DNA of 64,000 nucleotides from Rhizophagus irregularis (Eukaryota): NCBI RefSeq assembly GCF_026210795.1, contig NC_089430.1:4030001-4094000 (forward strand), in the 5' to 3' direction. The notes beneath the pieces are model-generated. The model was given only the letters and a program-made list of their open reading frames with translations, ran no database searches and had not been told where the DNA came from. Made by a program: the position numbers and the translations under genes. Each line of letters begins with the position of its first letter. Within the stretch, counting starts at the first letter, position 1. This document shows, piece by piece, positions 27,364-39,956 of the stretch.

Positions 27364-30252
27364 CACTGGTTGAAATCATTTCTTTCGGCATTAATACCTT
27401 TCGTCAAAAGTTTGTCATCATCATCATGTGATTCATTACACAATCGGCTAATTACAAAATTCGGAAATATTTCGGCATAAATCAACTGGTCGATTTTTGA
27501 TTAATTTTTGATTGAGTTGTAATATAAAAAAAAACCATAAATCGACCAGTACTTTTTTTTTATCGATTTTTTTATTAACGACACGATCGACTTGGAATAT
27601 TTGGCCTTAATACAAATTGGCCTATATTCGATGATCTACGATTGAATTATGTTAATAATTAAATGTTACACGTTACGTGATATGCGTATTAAAAGTTTAA
27701 AAAAGATTTATCTTATGCATCCTTTTTTAAACTTTTTTAATTTCTTCCTTTCCCTTCCCTTCTTTCCCTTTCCCCCTTTTCTCTCCTTTCCTTTCCTTCT
27801 CTTCCTTCCCCTTTCCCCTTTCTCCTTTCACTTTCTTTCGTCCCTTTTTTTAATTAAAATATGAACGGTTAAAACTAACCGTTCTTTTTTACTTTTTTTT
27901 TAGTTTCAGCACTCGGGTGGACTTCTGAAGTACAGAAATCCAAAGATTCGTAAGTACGAATTCTTTGGATTTTTTTTTATTTTTTTTTAATAAAATATGA
28001 ACGGTTAATACTAATGATAACCGTTCTATTTTACTTTTTTTTTTAGGTTCGACTCTTGGGTGATTTCCGAAGAATGGAAATCCAAAGAATTCGTAAGTAC
28101 GAATTCTTTAAATTTTTTTTTTTGTTTTTTTTTAATAAAATATGAACGGTTAATACTAACCGTTTTCTTTACTTTTTTTTTAGGTTTGGCACTCGGATGG
28201 GCTTTTAAAATTGGAAATCCAAAGAATTCGTAAGTACGAATTCTTTAAATTTTTTTTTTTATTTTTTTTAATAAAATATGAACAGTTAATACTAACCGTT
28301 CTCTTTACTTTTTTTTTTAGGTTTGACACTCGGGTGGGCTTTGAAGATTGGAAATCCAAAGAATTCGTAAGTACGAATTCTTTAAATTTTTTTTTTGTTT
28401 TTTTTTAATAAAATATGAACGGTTAATACTAATAACCGTTCTTTTTTACTTTTTTTTTTAGGTTCGGCTCTCAGGTGACTTCTGAAGGTAAATCCAAAGA
28501 ATTTGTAAGTATGAATTCTTTAAATTTTTTTTGTTTTTTTAATAAAATATGAACAGTTAATACTAACCGCTCTTTTTTACTTTTTTTTTTAGGTTCGGCA
28601 CTGGGGTGACTTCCGAAGAATGGAAAAAACCAAATTTCGTAAGTTCAAAACTTGGTTATTTTTTTTTTGTTTAATTTTTAATATTATGAACGGTTATTAA
28701 CCGTTCTTTTTCTTTTATTTTTTATAGGTTCAGTGTCAGGAGAGGCTTCCAAATTCCGAAGAATGAAAAAAACCAAGATTCGTAAGTATATATATGAATC
28801 TTGGTTTTTTATTTTGTTTTTTTTTTAATTTTATTAACGAACGGTTACTAATAACCGTTCGTTCTTTTTTTAGATTCAGTGAACTTCCAAATTCCGAAGA
28901 TCAGAAAAGAACCAAGATTCGTAAGTATATACGAATCTTGGTTTATTTTTTTGTTTATTTTTTTTAATTTTATTAATGAACGGTTACTAATAACCGTTCT
29001 TTTTTTTAAAAAATATTTTTTAAAATTTTTTTTTCTTCTATTTTGTAGGTTTGGCCTTCAGTTCTTGGGTGTTGAATATACGGGTGAGTTTCGGAGTAAA
29101 AACTTCAAAACTTTTTTTAAATAAAATTATTTTTTTTAATTTTTTTTCTTCTATTTTGTAGGTTTAGGATTTTAGTTATTGGACGTTGAATATATTATAT
29201 GTAAGTTTCGATCAGAATGAAAGAATCGAAACTTTTAAAAAAAAATATTTTTTAATTGTTTCTTTTTTCTTTTTTGTAGGTTTTGACTTTCGGTTCTTGG
29301 GCTTTGGATATGTGGATAAGTTTTGAAGAAACTTCGAAACTTAATTTAAAAAAAAATATTTTTTAATTTTATTTTTGATTATTTTTCTATTTTGTAGGTT
29401 TCAACTTTCGGTTCTTGGGCTTTGGATATATGGGTAAGTTTGAAGTGAAACTTCGAAACTTATTTTAAAAAAGGATTTTTTTTTAAATTTTATTTTAATT
29501 TTTTTTCTATTTTGTAGGTTTTGGCTTTTGGTTGGGCTTTGGATATATGGGTAAGTTTCCACTTCAGATTTTTGGTTGGATAAGTTTCGAAATATTTTGA
29601 AACTTAAATTTTTTTTTATTAAAGAATCGGTTTACTAACCGTTTCTTTATTTTTTTTTGTTAGGTTTCTCTTTCGGACTTTTGTCAGATAGCTGAGTGAG
29701 TTGTAGATAATTTTGGATGAGTAGATGATGGTGGATGATGGTGGATGATGGTGAACGATGGATGGTGAATGATGGGTAGTGGACAATGGATGTGGACGAT
29801 AGTTAATAATGGTTGACGATGGTTGACGATGGTAAATGGTAAATGGTGGATGGTAGATGGTAGGTGTAAATAGACAGATACTGTAGATATTAGAAATTTA
29901 ATTTTTAATAAAGCGAAATAGTAAAATATAATTAATTGATTGCTATTACAAAATTAAAAATAAGCTAAATACATAAAAATCGTTAATAATTAGACAAAAT
30001 TAGACTCAATTTCGTCTAACATTCGGCAATTTGAAATTTAGACGAATGTCTAGTAAAGGTTGACGAATAGTTTATTTCCAATTTTTTAATGAATTTTTGC
30101 CGAATTGTGATTGCCAAGTGGCAGGCGAACTGTGCAAATCGTCCATTTTAATTTTGACGATTTTTTTGGCAATGATCAGCCAAAATTAGACCAACTTTCG
30201 TCCAACATTCGTCAATTTAAAATTTGGACGAAATGGACTATTTTGACCAGTG
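27364..30252. mobile_element. Non-autonomous CACTG element E, copy 2 (inverted, fewer internal units)
   Basis: cactggttgaaa ... ttttgaccagtg; reverse complement of 424-3805. Confidence 0.92.
27860..29700 (+). repeat. Tandem array (~14 units) of micro-exon/intron-like units
   Basis: tactaac..ttttag/46-nt segment/gtaagt repeated with ~120-140 bp period. Confidence 0.82.
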
Positions 30253-33200
30253 TTAGTACGTTTCTTCAAAGTAAATTCCAAAAAAACCCACCCTCACACA
30301 CTTACCCAATATCCCAAATAATCTAAGAATCCGAAATCTACAATTGTAAAGAATAAAAAAAGAAACATTAGTACGTTTCTTCAAAGTAAATTCTGAAAAA
30401 ATCCACCCCACACACTTACAAAGACCCTGGGAAGACAAAATTTACAAAAAAAGAATAAAAAGAAATGTTAGTACGTTTTTTCAAAGTAAATTCCGAAAGA
30501 ACTCATACACATTTACCAATATCCCAAATAATTCAGGAAGCCGAAATCTACAATAAAGAATAAAAAAAAAATGTTAGTACATTTCTTCAAAGTAAATTCT
30601 GAAACCCGTAAATCTGAAAAAACATTTCACATAAAAAACCCATACACAAAAAATCCGGGAAGATGAAATCTACAAAAAAAAATAAAAAAAGAAACGTTAG
30701 TACGTTTCTTCAAAGTAAATTCCAAAAGAACCCATACACTTACTTACCCAATATCCCAAATAATTCAAGAAGCTGAAGTCTACAAAAAAGAATAAAGAGA
30801 AACGTTAGAAAAATAAATAAATAAATAAAAACAAAAAAGAAACAAAATCCCCTCCTCCTAACTTACCTTCAAGCCGAAATCCAGTTCCAGGAAGGTGTTC
30901 CCTTAGAAAAACGAACGTCCTAAGCCGTTTAAGCCAAATTCCGAAGGGGAAGACTGAAGGAGAATAAAAAATATTTTTTTTTAAAAAAAAAATAAAAAAA
31001 AATAGGATTTGACCAGATTATCTGATCAATCCGGTCAATCCAGTCATCCATGTAATATCTGATCTAGGATTGCTTGCCAAAACTAGGGTTTCGCAAAATC
31101 ACCTGAAGTTTCGGTTAGGATCCAATCATTTATTGATCATTGATAATCTAATAAAAATCAATACTTAAAAAAAAAATATTTCATTTTTTATTTTTTTTGT
31201 AGGAGTCGGACTCCTATTTTTTGTAGAACGCCGGACCTTGGAGACCAGGACGAACTGTCAAACCAATAAAGGTAATGTGGGAGAAGGAGATCGGGGTTAT
31301 GTGTTTTACTGTAATTAAGAAACGTTTTTAACGTTTCTTTCTTTTTTTTTGTAGAACTAGGACGCTGGACTCTTGGAAACGAATCCGGACTTAGAATGTG
31401 TGTAAGGAAAGAGGAAGGGTTAATATTAAAGAAATGTTTTTAACGTTTCTTTCTTAATTTTTTTTATAGAACTAGGACGTCAGACTCTTGGAAGCGAATC
31501 TGGACTTGGATAATGTAAGGAATGGGAAGAGGGGGAAATGTTTTTTTAATATTATGTAAAGAAACGTACTTACGTTTCTTTCTTTATTTTTTTGTAGGGC
31601 TAGGACGCCGGACTCTTGAAAACGAATCCGAACTTGGATAATATTAGGAATAGGGGAGGGGAATTGGTTTTTTGAATATTAAAGAAACGTACTAACGTTT
31701 CTTTCTTTGTTTTTTTGTAGGACTAGGACACCAGACTCTTAGAAGGCGTATTTACATTTGATGTAAGTTGGATGGGTGTAGTGTGTCATGTGTGTTAAAT
31801 AAGAAACGTTTCTAACGTTTCTTTCTTCTTTTTGTAGGAAAGCCGGACGAAATTACGAACTGGACTTTTGAGTGAAGGTATTAATGGGAAAGAAATTTAC
31901 TTCTCTTAGTAACGTTACTAACGTTACATTTTTTTTTTTATTGTAGGAACGCTGGACGAATTATACAAACTGGACTTTAGTGAAAGGTAAATGAGGAAGG
32001 GGGAGTTTCACGTTTATTTTTTTTCCTTAGTAATGTTACGCGAATTTTTGCGCATGTGATTTCCGATATTATATGGTGATCTGATAAAATTTGATACATT
32101 TGTGTATATGTCAATTGGTGATATTATGTGCCGATTTATATCGATATATAACTGTTGGTTTGTGTACACCGGATTAACCTAATAAAAGATATTGATTTTA
32201 TTTATTTTATTTTATTATATTTACATAAGTAGTATTATATATTATTCATATTATTATTGTTTATATTATTTATTTTCTTTATTTGTATTGTTTATATATA
32301 TAAGATTTTATTAGAAGTTATTGTGGGGAAATTAGCTCAATAGTAATTAATCGTCTAAAATTATCATTTGTACTTTATTAAAGTTGCTTATAATCGTATT
32401 GTATTGTATAATCGTATTGATATATTACGAAATATCACGATGAAACTTTGACAATAGGAAATCAATAGCCCATCAATAGACATCTTTAGATTAGATTTTG
32501 CCTTGATGACAGAAAAAAGAGATGACAGTTAGATAAAATAAGATATAAATATACCTTCTGCCAACTCTTTGATAGAGTAGTTACCAAATAGCTATTTTTT
32601 TTTAGTTATCTTGTCGTTAAATATCTTTAAGATATATTTCCTATCCCTTTCTGTCACTTTTTATCACCTTGTTGTAAAGACCCGAATTTACATCTACTAA
32701 TAAAATTGTTATATTTTGGTCAATATTACACGTTGTTTCTAACAGACATATAACAGTTGTTGTTATAACTATTGCGTACTATTCTTTATCGTATTTTGTA
32801 GTTGTTATCTTAACGATTCTTAACGAACAATACCGGAATACCAAGATAGGTAGTATTGAGTAAGAATCCCGTTGATAATCGAGTGTTTATACGATATAAT
32901 ATCGATAGTTATCTGACTCTTATAACCGGTAACAGTAACATTACTTTTTTTTTCTTTTGTAGGTTCTTGGAGTTTCTAAATAAATATTTATTATTTGATA
33001 TTACGAAAAATCAGTGATTTACCATGTTGACTGGTATGCATGATGGGTGACAAATAGGCTACCGATAGGTACATGATTTGTGACTAATTGGTATATTTAA
33101 GTAGGGTTTTGTATTATTTAAAGCGATAAAGAGTTTAACTTGCAGTGTAATTCTAGTATAAATAGTATAAATGCATTTTTTTTATTAATTATAATAATCC

Positions 33201-34362
33201 GGTTAAAATCCATGGCCCAATCAGAATTTGTTATTGTAATCAGGCGATTAATCACATGATTTCGGTATTTATATTTCGCACTTTGTTTATTTTTTTTTTC
33301 TTTCGTAAAAGCCCTTTCTCTTAAACTTTTTATTTAAAACAAACTCTTTACTTAGTTATTATGAAATAATATTAATATATTTTTTTTTTTATTTTTATAT
33401 TTAGAAATAAACATAAAGGTATATTTTCATTATGCTTGTTTTTTTCTTTTTATATATACATTTTCTATTGACATTCTAATACTTTTTTTCTTTTCTCTCA
33501 CTAATGTTTTCTACCACTTAACATTTTCTATTAATATTAAATACTACTAACATGTTTTTATTAACATTCTCCTATTAACATTTTCTATTTTACTAACTTT
33601 TCTTTCTTCCTATTAACATTTTTACTAATATTTTCTATATTTACTACTAACGTTTTTATTAATATTTCTATTTTATTTTCTCCTATTAATTAATATACTT
33701 ACTAATATTTTCACTGATATTTCTTTTAAATAATAAACAGATATAACAAAACAAGCAAAGAGGTAATTTTATTATCATTGCTACTTTCAGTAGAACTTAA
33801 CATATCACTGGTCGAATAAAGAAGCATCGGTATATGAAACATCAAATAAATATCGGATCATATCGGAAAATCGAAAATTTTCTGATATTTCTTAAACATA
33901 TAAGGCAAGAATCGATATACTAATTAAGTACGATATTACATTACATAGAAACCGATATTTGTAATATTCGTAATACGAAAAAAATCAGGTTTTTTGTGAA
34001 AAGCTATCAGTTAGCCGATATGTCTTTGATATAGTATATGCACAATCGGAAAGCTTTCATAGGTCTATCGATTTTTTGTTTTATTTAAATATATCAAATA
34101 TATCCGTATATTTTTTTTTTATGCGAAAAATAATTATTTTAAAATTTTTTTTTCTTTTCGTGTGAGAAAAATAATTATTAGTATTTTTTGAAACGATATA
34201 AAATTAGCCAGTATAATTTTGTAAAACAATAAAAAATTGCATCATTATTGTTTAATTTTTTTTTTCTTTTCGTGAGAAAAAATAATATTTTGTGATATAT
34301 TTTTGCGAGACAATATTTTTTTTTCTTTTTGTGAAAAATAATTATTTTTAACGAAACAATAT

Positions 34363-37300
34363 TTAAATATTAAATTTTCTATTTATTGGAATAACCGATA
34401 TATATTTTTTTGGATTTCTCTGACCAACTTCGAAACTTCCTGAAACAAATCGACATAAAATATTATGTATGGGAATGATGCAATCCCTTCCCATTTCAAA
34501 AAATTCTGCTTTCCACAACTCAATATTACAAGATTTATCATCATCTTTATCTATCTTACAGTGAAACCTTATCTTGTGGTTTTCAGCCGCCTTATACCAT
34601 CTTACAAAGGCTAAATAATGTGTTTTAGGACCCTCTGGTAACCAAATGGTGTGTTCAAAAAAAAATTGAATCTGGCCGGGATATGTATCAGACGAATTAT
34701 CGCTTAAGATAAAGCGTGCCAAAATCTTTGCTGATTTTGCATGCTGGGAAGACAATGTTGACCCAAATATTTCCGTTCCAATTTTTAATCGGCTAAATTG
34801 ATTGACTTTCGAAAGAATTGGAATAGATCCGTCCGGAGCATTATGAAGTTGCGATAGTGTGACAAAATTTTTATCATACGTATTGTGATAAAATTCTGCC
34901 AATAAAAGTAAAATATCTTGCTGTAAAGATATATCTTTTTTTGACGGACCTAAAAAGGAGCCCGGAAATGGTTCAGTACCAAAAGCTGCGCCTTCTTCTA
35001 TATTTGCTGATAATAATCGAAACGTTCGGTGGTCTTCATCGCTGTACATAGAAAGGCTTCCAACCGAATCATTAAGCTTTAATATTTCAAGACTTTCCCG
35101 AAGCTGTTGATTTTGATCAGCGTGAGATGTTAATTCATCAAGAATGGTATTATTTTGCATAATTTTCATAAGTTCTGGTTCAATTTTTCTTCGACTGTTA
35201 TGTAACGATCCTAAAAATGTGATAGAATAATATTAATATACAGTATATTATGATAGATTATTGGTATCTGGAGATGATCAAATTACCCAATAACCCGTTC
35301 ATTCGTTCCATTGAGTAGCACCAGAACGAGTATAGAGGGCCATAATCCAATGAACATTCACATAAATGTATACACAAATGCAAATTAGGAGAAATTTTTT
35401 TAGGCCCGTAAGTTTTCTCAATTTCTTTAACCATTTCTAGCAAACGTTGGTGAGCTTCTATAAGACTATTTTTTGATACTATTCTGCATACCAAAATATT
35501 ACAAGCACGCACAAAGTTTGCTAAAATTCTTCGATCTGGCTCTTTCAAAAGATCCCAGGTAATAGACGTTGCATATATTAACATAAATGTTTTCCACTGG
35601 TCTGCAGAAAACCCAGAAAAGCCTTCTCCTGTTGACATTTTGTTCGGAAGCCTACCAATATCCGCTGGTACCTGGATTCGGTTGGCCCTTTCTTGCATAA
35701 GTAATAGGTTTTCCGGGTTTAATTTTCCTTCTTCAATCCATAGTCTCATTACGATCCACTTAGCAATGCCTAGGAAAAGGCAGTGCATGGGATCCACTAC
35801 AAGAAAACGTACAGGATTAAAGTAAGGTAATCGATATATTTCGGACCATCGTACCAGGGTTTTTGATACATGATTCCGACGTTGCTCTTGTGTTTTGCAA
35901 TTTTTCCATGCAAGTGCATTATTTTTAATTTCCTCAACATTTCTTTCTATAAACCAGCTATCTATATCGGCTAATCCTCCAAAATTCGGTTGATTCCTAT
36001 CATCAAAACTGGCATGTTTAAGACATCGATGGCATGCAATTCTCGCAGATATATACCCACAAAGTTTTCTTGCAGCGGGTATATCGCAGGAACAGCATAT
36101 AATAGCACCTCTAATTTTTTCACCATTGGGATTCTCAAAAGTTTCTGATAAGTCTATACCATGCCATAGTTCAATTAATTGATCAATGAGAGGAGCCAAG
36201 TAGTGATTTAGATGATGTAATTTTGGTTCTTTGAATACCCGGAATTAACGCTAATGTTAATATATTGGAAGGTTTAAACCTCTCATTTCGGGGCAAGTTG
36301 CAAATGATGGCATAAATTGCTCCTGTGCTATATTGAGAATTTTCGTAAGGTTGGAACCAATCGATATTGAGCATTATTCCGAGGTGAGTATTTGCCGTTT
36401 CTGGCCGAAAGAAGGTTACCCCATTATCATCACTAAATGACTTCCATATTCTCCCGTCATATACATCAGTAAGAATCTCTGGGTCAGAAGGACGGTTAAC
36501 CCACTTTCGGCATGATTCTTCAAAGCCTTTTCGCTTGAATAGATTATTCAACTGATGTTTCAAGCTGACCGTAGGAAATATTAAATTTGGCCTTTTAATT
36601 ATACCATTTTTTGTACAAACTTGCTTATACAAAGGAGTTCCGCAAGCATTTTTTTTGTGACTCATCGGGTGGTTAGGAAAATCTTGGTATATGCAATTCG
36701 TGAATTTAGGCGTAAGGTTAGGATTACTGCTAGATACATCAGAAACCTTATACAATTTACAGCACTTTTCACAAGCCGCATATTTTATCAAATGAGCACA
36801 AATTCCGAGATTCTTTTGTGCCATATAGAGAGATGTAGGAAATGTAGAAAACAAGTTTTCGTCTATATTCACAAGAACGTAGCGGAAAAATTTAAAGAGA
36901 TAATTTATCGCTACGTTAGATAGCCGACACCTCTCCTGGTACTTCAAGATCCATACAACAATCCACAAAAAAGGGTGATCTAGTCCTTCAGCATGCCCAT
37001 AATTGCTTTCTCCTAATTCCATTTCAGGTGCATCAAAATTCACTTGGTAATCTTCTTCTGAATCATCTGATGAATATTCTGAAGTAATATCTTCAAAGTT
37101 TCTTTCATTGTCTTCTTCAGATGCATTGTCACCATTATCAGATAATAGTTCATTTATTATTTCCGGAAGAGAGGTTTCAGACCTTCTGTATTTTTGAGAA
37201 GCAATTGGTGCTCTTTTTACTAAAAAGGGATAGCTCTCTTCTTGCGGTTCTTCGTTATAGCTCATATCGTTACAATTAAAATCATTTTCTGGATTTGGAG

Positions 37301-37511
37301 GCGCTAATGGAATTTCTGGTGCTTCAGGAAAATTACGGGTAGTTTTGCGTTGAGGTTTAGTCTTGTTCTTGGTGTGAGATGCTTTAGTTCTAGGATCTAC
37401 TGCTTTTCCTTTGCAACCCTGACAGTAGCATGGTTCAAACTTTCGATTTCGGGGAGGACGAGTATAGGGAGTTTTCTGAACACTTTGAACGCTAATTGTA
37501 TTATTAGACAT
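34363..37511 (-). pseudogene. CACTA/EnSpm (Tnp2/Transposase_21-type) transposase; one frameshift near 36233, intron 35211-35286
   Basis: NIDWFQP, NLPRNER, CDIPAARK, DPMHCLFLG, PNLH..H, YGP..FWCYSMERMNG; removing one base restores PG.KEP. Confidence 0.92.
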
Positions 37512-37786
37512 TTTGAATTCTTTTAACAAAGAATGAGAAATTTATTATTTATTATAATAATTATATAATGGTATTTTATTGTTTAGCCACAATTTGTGAT
37601 TTATAGTTTAAAGTTAGTTTGTTTCAATTATGATCGTAACGCGTTTATATGATCTACATACGTATATAGTTTAACTAATTTAAACTCTTTCTTTTTTCTT
37701 AATTTTCTTACCAGATCCTCGGCTTTTCTTACTTTGCCTAATATTATCTATTTATTATTTTTTTTCAAGTACCTAATTATACAACA

Positions 37787-39956
37787 ATGAACAAAAACAA
37801 GTAAGTTAAAAAAATTTTTAGAATCATGCAAAATTACAGATTCTAAGATTATCTTCGATGGTATAGAAAAACTTCGTTACAAGAAAAAAGAGTTAAAAGT
37901 CAAACTCCATATTCTCATCAAGATGACTCTTCATACTCAGAAGAAATTTCGTATTCTCGTCGGAAAAGTATTTCATTAAACATGAATAGAAGTCAAACTC
38001 GAGATAATGTTTCTTTAAACAGAAATAGAGGCCGGACTCGGGACAATGTTCCTTTAAATAGGAGCAGAAGTAACTCTCCATACACTCATCGGGATAATAT
38101 TTCGTTAAATAGGAGCAGAAGTAAGCTCGCCATACGGCTGGCAGGACAATGTTTCGTTAAATAGGAATAGGAGTAACTCTCCATACACTCATCAGGATAA
38201 TGTTTCTTTAAACAGAAATAGAGGCCGGACTCGGGACAATGTTCCTTTAAATAGGAGCAGAAGTAACTCTCCATACGCTCGCCAGGACAATGTTTCGTTA
38301 AATAGGAATAGGAGTAACTACTCCATACACTCATCAGGATAATGTTTCTTTAAACAGAAATAGAGGCCGGACTCGGGACAATGTTTCGTTAAATAGGAGC
38401 AGAAGTAACTCTCCATACGCTCACCAGGATAATGTTTCGTTAAATGGAAGCAGAAGTCGCTCTCCGTACTCTCGTCGGGGCAATGTTTCGTTAAATGGAA
38501 GCAGAAGTCGCTCTCCGTACTCTCGTCGGGGCAATGTTTCGTTAAATGGAAGCAGAAGTCGCTCTCTCGTACTCTCATCGGCAAGTCATCTCGTTAAGCA
38601 GGAATAGAAATCGGTCTTCATACGCTTCTCGAGAAGATGTCTTACTAAATAGGAATAGAAAACGAACTCCACATTCTTCTCATCGGGGAAATTATCTGTT
38701 AAATGTAAGGGATATTGAAAGAGAAAGAAGGGAAAGTAATGTTGGTGAAGAAAATCATGGAAGGAATAAGAGCAGAGAGAGAAATCTTGAAGGTAATTTC
38801 ATAAAAACATGATAGATATAAAAATTGTATTTCGGCTACTAATAATATATCAGAAATTTCAGAATTACGTACGGCCATCTCGGATTTAGGAAGAGAAGTA
38901 AGAGGACTTCGTCAAGAAAAGGAAGATCAACCAAGGACGCAACATTCCTGGTCTCCTGATCCATCATCAACTAGATATACTAAAGTCTGGAAAGTTTTAG
39001 AGCCAATGGATCACGAATACAAGAAAGCTTTCCGGGTTAGTATAAGATATTTGTGCGTAAACATGTTAATCTTTATTTAAAATTTTTTCCTAATATAGGA
39101 CGAAATTGTCCAAATTCTAAAGGGTTTAGATGATTCTTTGACGATAGATCATAAGAACCGTTGGACTGACATCGAAAGACATGTGACTCAAGATACCATT
39201 CCAGCTATAAAGAGAGTTCTCGGTAATAAATTTCAGTATACCGATATAGAACTGAAGAAGGTTTTACAGAATCTTCATCGCCATCGAAGGGATGCTTACA
39301 ATGTTTCAAAAGATCCTTTAAAATCGAAAGTGAACAAACGACGAACTGGTATAAACACCAGGAGAAAAGATGTGAGTATCAGTTTCATATTAATTTATTG
39401 ATTTTTTATTACATTTTAATACTAATATTTATTCGTTATTTTATTATATTACAAAAGAAAAAGGAGAGACGGCAGAGAGGATTTCGTCATATGTTAAGTA
39501 GGAGAGATCAGAAGCTAACAGATCTTCAGCCTTCTATACCATGGGATGATTGGATTGAAGGCTTAGAAGCGATTATCAATGACTCAAGTTATCATTCAGA
39601 TGAAATTTCAGAGTCAGACGAAGAGAAAGTACAAGAAGAAAAGAACAGAAATATTCGCCCATCACGAAACGAAAATTCAAACCATGTGATTCACGTGTAC
39701 GATAAACAATGGAGATCTAGTAAGGTAGGTTATATACATAAAATAAGAAATATATTTATTTACATTTTACTAATTAAATTTTTATCTATAGATTCGAAAT
39801 TTTTTACGACATGCTGATTTGACGGGAGAAAGTATTCAGAATATAAAAGTAGGGAGGAAGAGGTGGTATAATGATCAATTGTATATAGAAAATAATTCAA
39901 AACCACCTCGTAATGCACCGGCATGGGCAATTTCATCTTCATACCGTTCTGAATAG
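37787..39956 (+). pseudogene. Second (accessory) ORF of the CACTA element with an Arg/Ser-rich tandem repeat; multi-exon, with frameshifts in the repeat
   Basis: Repeats NRSRSNSPYTHRDNVSL; C-terminal SYHSDEISESDE...WRS...PPRNAPAWA; GT-AG introns at about 38793, 39036, 39372 and 39725; start codon uncertain. Confidence 0.7.
37985..38700 (+). repeat. Coding minisatellite (51-bp and 36-bp units)
   Basis: Recurrent aatgtttcgttaaataggagcagaagtaactctccatac. Confidence 0.9.
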
